Assembly (NCBI RefSeq): GCF_006345805.1
Contig: NW_021832134.1
Location: 40,210-104,209, forward strand
Source of the DNA: Octopus sinensis
Taxonomy: Eukaryota
DNA: 64,000 bases
Reading direction: 5' to 3'
Part shown: positions 13,761 through 29,908 of the stretch, in pieces
Numbering within the stretch: the first letter of the stretch is position 1
Layout: the number at the start of each line of letters is the position of its first letter
Notes under the pieces: generated by a model
What the model was told of the DNA's origin: nothing
The model's input: the letters and a program-made list of their open reading frames with translations, nothing else
The model's database searches: none
Translations under genes and position numbers: made by a program

Positions 13761-14796
13761 CTCTGCCACACTCACAAACCAACGCCACTATACTTTCTGA
13801 CTTGTACACGTTTAGACACACACACATACACCACACCAACGCACACACATCCACCATTCTCTTTTCATTAATGATTTCAGACATGGATACACTTCTATAC
13901 TTGAATCGACACAGTCATCCTTTTTCTCTGCTTAACCCCCTTTATAAATCAATATCTCATCTAGCTCCTAACCCTTGAAGCTAACGTTCTTATTCGCCAA
14001 AGTTTGTTCCTCTTTTGTTATCTTTTATATTATGCTTTACATTTATACTATATGATGTATGTATGTATGTATGTATGTATGTATGTATGTATGTATGTAT
14101 GTACGTACAGTATGCTTTTGCACAATTTCCGTCTCTAATTCTATTCACTAAGTTATAATGCATTGAAGACATTTTCTTTGTTACACAGGTTTCTTTTCTG
14201 CTTTGAACCATTAAAGATTTGAAGACAGAGAGTTTGCTACTAAGTATAGCGAAGAATTAACCCACCACATGAGGGCCACACGTTATCTCATAAAATATAG
14301 CTTTGTTCTGTTTAAGCGGAAAGAAATCAATTTGACTGATGCTGATAGAAAACATTCCTCAACCATTTTAATATCACTTTATATACATTCACACAACAAT
14401 CTACATGAACTAACCAACAACTGCTTCTAGTAGATATACTGATGGAGAGTATTGTCTTGTCATAAATATATGGTGATGAATTGTTTTGACCGCCATTTGC
14501 AGTGGATGTTGGCATGGTGTCAGTATTCACCATGCTTCCGTTAATGTTTTTTTTGTATTAAAAAAGTACAAACTCACCCTCTTGGTTTTACAACTCTTGG
14601 CTCAACAGAACATCTAGAATATGACAGCTAGAAAGAGAGAAACTGTACAAGTATTGGGTTTGTATTTTATATATGGACCACGAAAGGCTGAAACGCAAAA
14701 TTTATCTCAGTGGTAAACGTAGAACAAATATTTTTACCCATTTCCCCGACTCTCTAGCGGTTCTGCCAACAAGGCATACTTTAAAAAACATAACAG

Positions 14797-17470
<2,674 letters not shown>

Positions 17471-17529
17471 TATTATTATTATTATTATCATTATTTAAAA
17501 AGGTGGCTAGGTAGTGGATCTGTAAAAGA

Positions 17530-17925
17530 ATGGAAAGAAATACTTTGCGGGATATTCTTTCAAACCTTACATTCTGAGTTCAAATTCCACCGAGACCAAC
17601 TTAACCTTTCATACATCCAGAGTTGATGAAATAAATTATCAGTGAGGTATCAACTAACCCTAGCCACTCAAAATTGCTGGCCTTGTGCCAAAATTTGAAA
17701 CCACCAGGAGAAAAGGCGGTGAGCTGGTAGAATGGTTAGCACATCATACAAAATACTTAACGGTGTTTCTTCCGACTCTTTACTTCCTAAGTTCAAAACC
17801 CGCTGAGCTTAGCTTTACCTTTCATACTTCGGAATCAATGAAATAAAGTACTAATTAAAAACTGTTGTCGATGAACTTCAGTTATCATCTCTCGAAATTG
17901 CTTGGCTTGTGTTAAAATTAGAAAG
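17530..17925 (+). mobile_element. Two diverged family A SINE copies
   Basis: ttctgagttcaaattccaccgagacc at about 17573; aggcggtgagctggtagaatggttagc head at about 17714. Confidence 0.7.
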
Positions 17926-17942
17926 AATTATTATTATTATTA

Positions 17943-17986
<44 letters not shown>

Positions 17987-18000
17987 TTATTATTATTATT

Positions 18001-18554
18001 GAGTGAAAGAGCAGTGCATGCCATCAAAGTGTCACTGGGGTAAAATATACGAAGCCCAGTATATCCATCATGACTACCCGTCTGATAAGGGTACACTAGG
18101 CAATGCATCACAAGAATATGTGCGCGACATGGTGATCTCATATCAAGATAAACAGCACATGACCTTGCGGGTGGGGCCCAGGTAGAATTTTCTTCAGGTC
18201 GAGCAATCCATCCTGCTCAAAAGGTTCCTGAATAAGGGTTATTTAAGGATGTTGAACAAAACACCTATGTTTCCAGAGGTGAATTATTCAAACCCCAAAG
18301 AATTCCATTCAACATACGGCTATGATGCTCCCCCACTACTTCTGCTCGTGATCAGAGATGCACACATCGTTAGCCTCTAAGGGACATGCTCAACTGGTTA
18401 AGGTCAAACAACTGACAAGCAAAACTATGGTATTGAGCAGAATATTTGCTGTAGCCCATCTTTTATACCAAGACAAAACAATGTACATGATAACACTTCC
18501 AATCAGTTAAGATCAGAAGCCATGAGAGCCACTGCCTGGTACTGCATCAGGGCA

Positions 18555-18555
<1 letters not shown>
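18001..18555. mobile_element. Unclassified ~555-bp non-coding repeat (family F) embedded in (TTA)n
   Basis: Homologous to 24997-25507 (same strand) and 34550-34672 (opposite strand). (TTA)n on both sides. No Pol III boxes or recognisable ORF. Confidence 0.8.
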
Positions 18556-18633
<78 letters not shown>

Positions 18634-19617
18634 CATTATTATTATTATTATCATTATTATTATTTAAAAAGTATAATTATTGCTAGGATAGTGGTTTGAT
18701 AGACACAGCTTTCTTGCCCTTTAGTTACATGTCTTTACGTTCTGAATGTAAATCCTTTCGATGTGACTAATTATGTTTAGATTATTTCGATATTAAATCC
18801 ATAATAATAACAACAAAACCAGCCCGAATTCTCTGATACTCTCAACTTTATCATCGAATAGATCTTATACAATACTCTAGCGTTGCTTTACACTAATACA
18901 TGCAGTGTATGAAATGTATGAAATTTTGCAGACGACATCTCAGTAATGGCTGCGTTCTTATCGTAAAGCTGAGCATTATTAAACTACAGAATAATAACTC
19001 TATTGCCTTTCAAAATAGCAAAATATCACCAACAAACGTTTTCTAAGTGAGAAACAAAGCAAAAGTTATTTTTAGTTAGAGACAAAACAGTACCTAGTAG
19101 ATAATTGGAGTTGAAAAATTGATTATATTTAGAAAAGTGACAGAGTGAGTAATCACAAGAAAGCAATGCTAACTTAATACCAGACATTTGTCATTCTGTG
19201 TTTTGTATGTATGAAAGTAAAATAGTTTCTGAAAGAATGAAAACAACGCAAAAATATTACAGCAATAAAAAGAACGGATACAATATAAAACGAAAACAAA
19301 ACCAAAGAATCGAATGTTTACTTTCACAAAGAATAGATGATAAAACATGTGAATAAAAACGTAACCTCTTTCTCTCTTTCTCCTTCTGGGTATGTATGTG
19401 CGTGTACATACAGGCGCACACACACATGCACACACACACACATACACACAGACATACACATACACGCACGCACAAGCACACGAACACACATATTTATTCA
19501 GATATACACACACATAATGTTCCTGCATATACGTACTTACATATATACATACGCATACACTTAGGTGAATACATTTATATATAAATAAATACATATGCAT
19601 ACACACATATATATATA

Positions 19618-19743
<126 letters not shown>

Positions 19744-20176
19744 CATACACATACACACACATATATATGTATTTATAATTATAATAGGGCACGTGAGGTA
19801 CAGACAAGGGAGTTAATCCCAAAATTTGAAATCATTTGATCCAGGGATATCTATTGCCTCATTCTGCGGCTTTCTGTCGAGATGGTAAGTTAATTTCTTT
19901 GTTAGTCGCCCGATTTCTGTTATGCATATTGTATTTCCAGTGATTGGTGGTTTATTAGAGGAATTTTCGACTCTGATTTTTACAGCAATGTCGGCACCTC
20001 CTGCGCCCTGTTAAAAGTATAAATTAATTATGGAAATTTTGGATTTGCCATTTATCGGCTTTTGCTTGCTGGCCACTTACATTATTGTAGTTATTATTGT
20101 ACTACTACTACTAATAATAATAATTAATAATATCTATATAAATATCTTTTGAATATTTATTCATTTTTATATATGA

Positions 20177-20244
<68 letters not shown>

Positions 20245-20361
20245 CACATATATATGTGTGCGTGTGTGTGTGTGTATATACATGCATATATATATAGAAT
20301 TGCATAAATGTATATATAAATAAGCGTATATCAATAAGTATATACATATACTTATGTATGT

Positions 20362-21018
20362 ATGTCATTATTCAGTTTTACTTCAAGATTTATTTCAAGA
20401 TTTCTTGCCAATAGAGAAAGAGCTGGTTTCTAACCTAGATCCAAGGCTCTTTCATTGGAACTTTTCATCAACATCATCAGGGTATTTTTGTATGAATGGA
20501 TGTATATGTGCAGCTTTCGCTATTTTGTTCTATGTATGTATTCTCATGGATATTGTTGCATGTCTAGACATGTTCATATGTACTTAAATGATAAACTTCT
20601 GGCAAGTTTTACAGATTTTTACACTTCCAGTGATGGCTTGGATCTGTTATCTTCGAATCAGCTTTCTCCTTTCTGGTTCTGAGAAGCTTAATTTCTCAAG
20701 ATTGGTATTTGGGCAGTGTGTAACATATCCCAGTGTTCCAGTAATTACCGGTATAAACCTGAACTTGGTAATCTGGATAGAGTAGGTGTAGATTCCACAA
20801 TAGTTCAGCGTAGATATTTTCTTTTTCGCTAATCGTTAGGTTTATCTTAACATCTACTGAGCAACTGATTTCCGCAACTGTGCACAATTTCTCTTCTCTA
20901 TCCCAAATTACCATGTCAGGTCTGTTATGCTTACATTTTATTAAGATTTTCACTGGAACATTCCCTCAGTAATCATTTTTATTATGAGTGGCTCTGAATT
21001 CTACCATACTATGTGTTC
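20362..21018 (-). mobile_element. 5'-truncated RLE non-LTR retrotransposon in (CATA)n, copy A
   Basis: KCKHNRPDMVIWDREEKLCTVAEISC..EKENIY (PD-D/E-type RLE). Same 3' UTR as 12533-12943. TATG repeats at both junctions. Confidence 0.85.
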
Positions 21019-21027
21019 TTATGTATG

Positions 21028-21061
<34 letters not shown>

Positions 21062-21239
21062 TGTATGTATGTATGTATGTATGTATGTATGTATGTATGT
21101 ATGTATGTATGCATGTATGTATGTATGTATGTATGTATGTATGTATGTATGTATGTATGTATGTATGTATGTATGTATGTGTGTGTGTCTGTTTATGTAT
21201 GCATTTATGCATGTGTGTTTTCTTTCACTTTTTAAATTA

Positions 21240-21773
21240 GAGTAAATATTGACCGGTCATCTACTTACTCAACTTCAGCCAGAATTTGCTTCAGATAGGT
21301 TAGTATGTACCTGTTGCTCTGATAATAATCGGTATGAAGCTGAAAGTGTATCTTGGGTACTGGATTTACAAACGCTTTATCAATAGTCTATAGATGTTCT
21401 CTTGTATTTTTCTAATCGCCTTGGTGTCTAGAGGGTAGCTGATGTCCACAACAGAACATATTTCTTTTTATGATCCCACACAACAATATCTGACCGGTTG
21501 TATTTTAACCTGGTGGCTGATTTAGTTTTTAAGCTCCACTAATATCCATATTAAGACACATCGGTCTCAATATGGTTAACTTCGTTTATAAGTGTTTTCT
21601 TTTTCGTTATTGTGTTCCAGTTATAGAGTTCTGGCCACAGTATCATGTCTCATGGGAAGATAATATCTGGAGGACATTCTTTCGTAATAACGACATTCTC
21701 TGGTAATAATGTGGTTGATGTCTTGGCGTACATTTGTTGTTTGTTGTTTGTCAATGTCTTCTACCTTTTATTC
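21240..21773 (-). mobile_element. RLE non-LTR fragment, copy B (diverged relative of copy A)
   Basis: QDINHII..SSRYYLPMRHDTVA, LKYNRSDIVVWD, CSVVDIS, ENIY, FIPIII. 5' junction runs into (TATG)n 21775-21855. Confidence 0.75.
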
Positions 21774-21876
21774 TGTATGTATGTATGTATGTATGTATGT
21801 ATGTATTATGTATGTATGTATGTATGTATGTATGTATGTATGTATGTATGTATGTACGAAACATATATATATGGGG

Positions 21877-22265
21877 GCAGGAGTGGTTGTGTGGTAAGTA
21901 GCTTGCTTGCCAACCACATGGTTCCGGGTTCAGGCCCACTGCGTAGCACCTTGGAAAATTGTCATCTACTATAGTCTAGGGCCGATCAAAGAATCGTGAG
22001 TGGATCTGGTAGACGGAAACTGAAAGAAGCCCGTCGTATATATATATATATATGTTTCTGTGTGTGTGTGTATTTGTCCCTACCCACCATCGCTTGACAA
22101 CCGATGTCGGTGTATTTACGTCTCCGTAACTGAGTGGTTTGGCAAAAGAGACCGATGGAATAAGTACTAGGCTTACAAAGAATAAATCCTGGGATCGATT
22201 TGTTCGACTAAAGGCGGTGCTTCACCATGGCCACAGTGAAATGACTGAAGCAATTAAAAGAATAA
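21877..22265 (+). mobile_element. Near-complete SINE family B
   Basis: gagtggttgtgtggtaagtagc head, ggttccgggttcag B box, internal TA/TG spacer, tail ending aaaagaataaagg. Confidence 0.9.
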
Positions 22266-22278
22266 AGGAATAAAATAA

Positions 22279-22333
<55 letters not shown>

Positions 22334-22334
<1 letters not shown>

Positions 22335-22598
22335 GGCGCGTGGCCTAGTGGTTACGCTGTTGCATACATTATCGCTAGATCGTGGATTCGATTCTTACAC
22401 CGAGCGGCACGTTGTTTTCTTGAGCAAAACACTTTCTTTCACGTTGCTCCACTCCTCTTTCGACCGAGGGTGCGTGTTGATCTGCTCGCTCAGCCAGCAG
22501 GGTGGTGTCAATCGATGGCTAAAACGATGCAAAACGCATTGTAGCCAGCGATGTGTAACAATACCTGATAATCTGGTCGGTCACGCGATCACGTGATA
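22334..22598 (+). mobile_element. tRNA-derived SINE family C
   Basis: A box tggcctagtgg, B box ggattcgattc, body ttcttgagcaaaacactt shared with 44407 and 57665-57900. Confidence 0.75.
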
Positions 22599-22620
22599 CA
22601 CACACACACAAATATATATA

Positions 22621-22686
<66 letters not shown>

Positions 22687-22898
22687 TTACATACATACTG
22701 ACACACGCGGACATATATTTCAGAGATATATTTACCTGGAAAGTGATTTGATCTGAGACTGTAATTACAGTGTGAAAAACACATATTAACTATTGAAAAA
22801 CATACAAAACTGTTTACTTTTATCAAACATTTATTTGGTACGAAACTTTTCGTCACGCCTGGCCACTGACACGAGTCCACTGGTTTGTACATGCATTC

Positions 22899-22929
<31 letters not shown>

Positions 22930-22969
22930 TGTATGTATGTATGTATGTATGTATGTATGTATGTATGTA

Positions 22970-23484
22970 CCCAGTACTACCTGTTGCATGGTCGGGTCGT
23001 CGGCGACTAAACCGGCAACCCCACCAAGCTCGCTTGGTGAGGAGGGTGTTTATTGGACACCCTGCGGGATGAAAAACAAAGCCCGTCAAAGGGCGGAGGA
23101 ACTCATGAGAGTCAAGGGCCATCCAATAAATGTCTTAAAGCTGTATCATGCGCAGGGACATAGAAATAATCGGATTGAATACCCGATCGCGCAGTTAAAC
23201 CATTGGGAGTGAAGGACTCCTAGCCTTTGTCAGGGCATCCTTCTAGGAGAAGGCAATTCAGGTAACTTGGATAACTCCGACATAAAACCTGCGGCTCAGT
23301 GGTTACCGATGATGTTGACTTGTTCTTCTTTTCGGATTATGGCTGCTGTGGCTTAGTGAGTGGGATTGACTCAGTGCACAGCCTTTCCCCACTTAAAAAA
23401 ATCTTCTTGCACAGGCATTGCACGATAACAACATTGATTAAGCTTCGTGCAATGGCCATACTCGATAACGAGGGGGCAGCTACC
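22970..23484. mobile_element. Hairpin-rich ~515-bp non-coding element embedded in (TATG)n
   Basis: Sharp junctions into (TATG)n on both sides, several perfect stems, and an RTE-5'UTR-like ggagaaggcaa...aaacct segment. Only one copy in the window. Confidence 0.55.
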
Positions 23485-23826
23485 ATGTATGTATGTATGT
23501 ATGTATGTATGTATGTATGTATGTATGTATATGTGTGTGTGTGTGTGTGCGTGTATGTGTGCCTGTGTGTATCTTTTAGTGTTTCGTATGTGTGCATGTG
23601 TGTCTGTCTGCATGCGTATGTCTGTGAATGTGTATGTATGAATAATTGTCCTAAGGGCAGTCTTCAACTTTTTACATACTATTATTTATACCTTTATCTA
23701 CTTGGTTTTCTAGAGCTAAAAGAGAATTTATTTCACTCTCTCTCAAAGTTTCTAAATTCTTATGATATAAACAACATATAAATTCTCACAAATTCTCACA
23801 AATTCTCACGTAATTCTATAAACTAT

Positions 23827-23900
23827 AGGGAGAATTTGGTCCAGTGGTAGAACGTCTATCATGTTTACAGAAAGTGTAGGTTCCAGTCCCATGGTTAGTC
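23827..23900 (+). pseudogene. Degenerate tRNA-like sequence or SINE head
   Basis: tggtccagtggtag (A box) and ggttccagtccc (B box) at tRNA-like spacing, without a complete cloverleaf. Confidence 0.35.
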
Positions 23901-24040
23901 TTCACCGTTTTCTATTTAAATGGATTTTTAAAACCTAATATTTACATTCTATCATTTATATCGTTATCTACTCCAAATCCCTCAGTTAAAATCAAAATAT
24001 TTCACGTTCTCTTGAAGTTTCTATAGTTTTGTGACGTAAG

Positions 24041-24109
<69 letters not shown>

Positions 24110-24157
24110 ATATGTAGACATACATACATACAGACACACACAAACACTCATACACAT

Positions 24158-24256
<99 letters not shown>

Positions 24257-24996
24257 GCACTCACGAGTATGCACAGACATACATACTTACGCACATATAT
24301 ACATATACGATGGAATTGTCACCATTTGAATGCTTTTGATCATACGTCTTGAAGCTAAGCAGTAACAACAACAGCCACAACTTAACGAAGTGTATGCCAT
24401 AGAAGATGGTACTTTTGGTAATTACAATAATAACCATTCCATTAGCTTCAACCCAAATTCCGAAATGTTTGTTTCCATTTTAAATTGTTTCTCTTGTTAT
24501 TTGATTCTACCCTAATCTAAATTACTTGATTCTATGATTCAAGTATTTTTCTTTCGGTTTCTTTCAGATAATTTCAGGTGTTTCGCTGTTTCTCAATATT
24601 TTATTTGTACTCACCGTTATTTAAATTTTTGTTTTCTTATTTCGAGATGTGTTGTAAATCGTGATTCGCACGTCTCGTGCATGTTTAAGAGAGTTATTTC
24701 CAAAGCTCACACTATGAGCTGAATCTGTTACTTGAGGTTATTTATCTAATTGACTAAAATTTGCCTATTTTATCAATAATTTTAACGGCGTTATTTTCTC
24801 TGTGTAAATTATTATGCACAGATGTAGTTTCACAAAATCAATTAAAATCCTACCAGAGTATACTTTATCTTATCAGTGAAGGGGGTTGATAAAATAAAGA
24901 ACTAATTTAGTACCAAGGTTGGTATGTAATATTGTGCAATAAAATTTTTATTCTTTTTTTTTGTCTTTGATCAGTAAGTGTTGTTTTCTATTTGCT

Positions 24997-25507
24997 CCTA
25001 TCTAGATATCAAAGCGACACCGGGGTATAAATATACGAAGCCCAATATACCCATTATGAGAAGGGTACACCAGACACACACTATATGTGCGCGACATGGT
25101 GATATCATATCAAGACAAACAGCGCATGACCTTTCAGGTGGGGCCCAGGTAGAATTTTCTTCCGGTTGAATAGCCCATCCCGCTTAAAAGGTTCCTGGAT
25201 AAGGGTTGTGTAAGGATGTTGAACAAAACTCCAATGTTTCCACAGGTGACTTATTCAAACCCCAAAGAATTCCTCTCAATACATACTATGATGCTTTCCC
25301 CACTACTTTTGCTCGTGATCAAAGATACACATTTTGTCAGCCATCAAGGGACATGCTCAGTTGGTTAAGGTCAAACAACTGACAAGCAAATCTGCGGTAT
25401 TGAGCAGAATATTTGCTGTAGCCCATCTTTTATACCAAAAAAAAAAATAATGTACATGATAACACTTCCAATCAGTTAAGATCGGAAGCCAAATGTTGCA
25501 CCAGGGC
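24997..25507. mobile_element. Family F repeat, second copy
   Basis: Colinear with 18001-18555, missing about 20 bp at the left end. Right end runs into (TTA)n shared with the 3' end of Dong-2. Confidence 0.8.
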
Positions 25508-25562
<55 letters not shown>

Positions 25563-25607
25563 TTTATTGTTGTTGTTGTTGTGTTATTATTATTATTATT
25601 ATTATTA

Positions 25608-28600
25608 CTTTTTTTTTCTTCTTTCAAATTTCTTCCATTTCTTGCCGGGTGTCTTCCCGACTCCTAGGGCAAAGAAACTCATAGTATACAATGGTAGGCC
25701 ATTAAACCAAACTCAGTATTTCGTTCATATTTTTTTTTTTTTTTTTTAAAGTTAAATTAAAATACATGAGCAGCAACAGTTCTCACATCGACAATGCTCT
25801 TCTCAATACGTGTGATGTACCAGTTAAGACAATCTTTTGCACTTCTTGCAGGGATGGTAAGCCAGGGATCATTCTCATATAATTTTCGGTTCCCTTCTTG
25901 ATCATTCCTAGTGCTCCTACGATCACTGGTATTGTAACCGCCTTGAGATGCCACATTTTCTCAATTTCAATGAGTAGGTCTTTATATTTTCTGAGCTTGT
26001 CAAACTCTTTCGCTGAGATATTATGATCACAGGGGATGCTCATGTCGATCAATAAGCAAACTTTATTGTTTTGGTCTTTCACAACAATATCTGGTTTATT
26101 GGCCTTGATGGTTCGGTCTGTATGTACTGGAAAGTCCCACAGAATAGTTAAATTTTCTCCTTCAGTTACAGCCTCAGGGTGGTGATTATACCACTTGTCG
26201 GCAGTGTTTTGATATTGTAATGCCGACTTATTAGCCAGTGGAGATATTGGCCAACTCTGTCATGTCTTAATTTATACTCCACTGGTGCTAAGACTTTACA
26301 TCCAGAGATTAGGTGGTCCACTGTTTCAATCATGTCGTTGCAGAATCGGCATTTTGGGTCTGCTCCATTTTTCATCACATTGGCCTGGTAGTTCCGGGTT
26401 AATAGGCTTTGGTCTTGAGCAGCCAGGATGAAACCTTCGCTCTCTGCTTTTAGCCCTGAGCTCCGCAGCCACTGATGGGTTTGCTTCTGGTCAACATCAG
26501 CTTGTTTGCTGCGGGTCACATATTTGCCGTGCAGAGGTTTCTCCTCCCACCTATCAGCCAATTGCTCGTGCGCTTTTTTCATTGCCATCATTTTTCACCT
26601 TCTTTGCAACAATAGTTGCCGTACTTCCCTCGGGTTGTTCAGTTTGGGTATCCTGCACGAGATCAATAGCAAATTTTTTGCTTCCTTTATAATAGAATGA
26701 AGCTTCTTTCGTCTCTCGTGATTTTCCACGAGCTTTAGCATCCAGTCATTCGATATTTCGAGATATTTGGCCAGTCCAATTGTGGTTGTTTTGTAAGCTA
26801 GTTCAAATTGGATCAGGCCTCGACCTCCTTGGGCTCTGGGAAGGTAAAGGCGATCTACGTCTGCCTTTGGGTGGTGCATCCTATTACAACTCAGCAGCTT
26901 GCGTATTTTTCTATCTATATTCTTTACTTCACTCATATTCCAGTTCAACACATTGTAGCTATAAGTAACAACTGGAACTGCTAAGGAATTTATAGCTAAC
27001 ACCTTGTTACGTGCATTTAGTTCAGATTTCAGGACTGCACGAACTCTCTATAACATTCCTTCCTGATTTTCTCTTTCATGCTTGCATGCTGAATACCAGA
27101 GCCTTCATTATCCCTAAATATTTGTATGTTTGTTCTTGCTCAAGCTCTCTTATGACTGTGTCAACATCTAACGCAACTGAATTTGTGGTCTTCACTTTCC
27201 CTTTCTGGAAAGTGGCCTTGGCACACTTCTCAAGTCCAAACTCCATCCCGATGTCATCGCTGAATGCTTTCACGGTGCGCAATAGGCCTTCAAGTTCATT
27301 ATTGTCTTTACCATAAAGTTTTAAGTCATCCATATAAAATAGATGGCTTATTTTTTTATTGGCAATTTTATACCCATACCCTGTTCTGTTTAATTCACTT
27401 GTAATGGTATTAGGCTATGGCTAGCAGAATATTAAAGGTGAAAGTGAGTCACCTTGAAAAATTCCACAGTTGATGTTTATATTTTCTGAGGCAAGTACTC
27501 CATTAGAGTGGTATAATTGGAGATTCGTATTCCACAACGATATATTGTGCTTCAGGAAGTTTGAAATCACAGGGGAAATTTTGAAGATGTCCAGCGATCT
27601 CAAGATCCATGGATGCGGTATACTGTCGAAGGCCTTTTTATAGTCAATCCATGCGGTGCTGAGATTTCTGCGCTTGTTGTGACAGTTCTCAAGGATCATA
27701 CGATTGATTAGCAGTTGATCTTTGCATCCGTAAGAGCCTCGGCGGCACCCTTTTTGTTCAATGGGGAAATATCGTTCTTCTCCATGAATGCATATGTTTT
27801 CTCCGCCAGGATAGATGTTAGGATTTTATACGTGGTGGATAGACAGGTTATAGGCCGATAGTTTTTTGGAAGGTTGGTTTCGTTATTCTTTGGGAGTAGG
27901 AAGTAAGTAAGTAATGCCACTTGCTAACATTCAGGGGTTTCTTTTGGGTCTCTCATAATTCCATTGAGCAGCTGAACTAGCTTACCGTGTGCGCACGGGA
28001 GCGATGCGAGCCAGAAATTCGGCACCCTATCTTTACCGGGGGATTTCCAATTATGGGCCTTCGTGAGTGCCTTTCTAAGGTCTGCTATTGTGATGTCTTC
28101 CCATGCTTGTTGTTGTTAATTTTGGTAGGATCCTTCAGTTTGTATAATCCAGTCTGCATTTATGTTGTAAGTCTTCTTGTCACTCCAAATCCTTTTCCAA
28201 AAGTTTTGAACTTCTTCCATGGGAGGGGGGTCTTTAACGGTTACTTTTCTCCCTATTTCCTATTTCTCTGTAGAATTTTTTGGCATTGGATGTGAACAGC
28301 TTATTTTGCTTGTAAAACTTGTTTTCTTCTCAAATCTTCGTATTCTTTGGGCTTTTGCTTGGACTCTTTGTTTCAGCGTTTTTATTGATATCAGTTCTTC
28401 TCTTGGTGAGGATCCAAATTTTCTCTTCATCTTTCTTCCTGTCTGGATCTTACATCATTTCCACATATTAGTTCATTTAATATTGATATTTCCCCTCTCA
28501 TAAATTCAATCTCTTTTTCAATTTTACTTCTCCAGGTTTGATTTCTTCCAGGTTTTGTTTTCTTTGTTTTTTCGGGGCATACAGCTGGTTTCAATTGCCC

Positions 28601-29584
28601 TAGCAGAAGCGTAAATAATTTCATTTAACTCAGTAAAATCAGGTTTTTAATTCTCGTATTATTTAATTTGTTACATAGTTGCCATTTGGATTTGTTTTTT
28701 ATTTTGGTTTATTTGAGAGTTTATGAAGTGGTTCTCTATCATTCATACTTGTATGTCTTACAACTTCAAGCGTATTCAGGATTTTCTGCCTCATTTCTGC
28801 CATAGACTCTCTGTGTTCTTCAGCAGATGCGAGATCTTCAGTTACTGTTGTTTTTTCGTTTTCCTGGCTATCTTTAACAGGTACAATAGAATTTCTTGTA
28901 TCTTCAGGCCTTTGCATACTTTGGTCAGATGGCAGTGTTTCAATTAAGCCTCGTGGCGGGCTATACTGTTCATCTGATTCTTCATTTCCTTTGTGTCTTA
29001 TATTTATGTCATTTTCCGTTGCCTGCTTGATCGCGCTTATTTCACTGTCTGTGAGTCTGTTATTTCTAAAGATATCCCTCCTCACATTTGCTAATTTGTT
29101 CTCGTCCAAATAGGGCCTACTGTCTTGATTCCGTGTTCTCCATATACTGTAAGAGTTTGCGGTGTGTCTCTCTTGAGATGGCCTACCTAATGCATAGTAA
29201 TAAGCGTATATTACTTCTTTATACTCTTCTCGGGTCCATTTGTTCCGCTTACATTTTTATTTCTGTGGTGGTTGTGGTGGTGAACTTGGAGGGCTCGAGT
29301 TGGGGGATTTCCCGTTCAAGTGACCATCCATGTCCGTATTCGGAGAAGAGTTTGTGCCAGTTGATGACTTTTCGATCCCAGGCTGGCCCTTCCCTGGGGG
29401 ACGCGCTTCCAGATTAACCATAGGACAAGCGATTTGGTATACTGATTTAGTTTTCCTTTTAGTTTCCAAAAACATTTTGGTGCTACGATAATGTTATCAT
29501 TTTTTAGATTTGATTGGCTCGTGGGGAGACGGCCATCATTGCCGTTACAATTATAATCGTACCATTATAGCAGCCGTAGTCGGC
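25608..29584 (-). mobile_element. Apparently full-length R4/Dong-clade non-LTR retrotransposon (Dong-2), ~4 kb
   Basis: N-terminal KRNKWTREEYKEV Myb-like motif (about 29240), RT (AWIDYKKAFDSIPH, GIFQGDSLSP, MDDLKLY), CRFCNDMIETVDHLISGC knuckle, RLE (NKPDIVV, IDMSIP, KLRKYKDL). TTA repeats at both ends. Confidence 0.93.
25783..29475 (-). pseudogene. Frameshifted single ORF of Dong-2 (RT plus RLE polyprotein)
   Basis: Nine colinear ORF-track fragments from 29475 to 25783. The breaks I traced are +/-1 indels in homopolymer runs. Confidence 0.85.
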
Positions 29585-29908
29585 TTATTATTGTTATTAT
29601 CATCACCATTACCATCACTATCATCATTATCACCACCATTACCATCATCATTATCATCATCACCATCACCATCACCACCATCATCATCAATGATATTGTT
29701 TTATGTGTAGTCACAGCAGTATCTTATTATTGTTATTTTTGTTTTTTTATCATTATCACCATCACAGTAGTGTCTGTCTGTCTCGTTGGCTGGCTTGGTG
29801 GTTGGCTGGCTGACTGTCTTTTTTTTTTTTTTTTTTTTTTTTTGGGCGGTCCTATCGGTCAAAAGAAGTTCAGATGTTTACTACTATTAGGCTTAAGAAA
29901 AATTAAGG

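Noticed and set aside
14110-14533. Minus-strand peptides resembling a receptor N-terminus (NNSS) and a Cys-loop-like IDFFPLKQN
   Set aside because: They lie in different frames with many stops, lack the conserved cysteines, and show no transmembrane series.
23774-23810. (aaattctcac)x3
   Set aside because: A short slippage repeat with no further structure.
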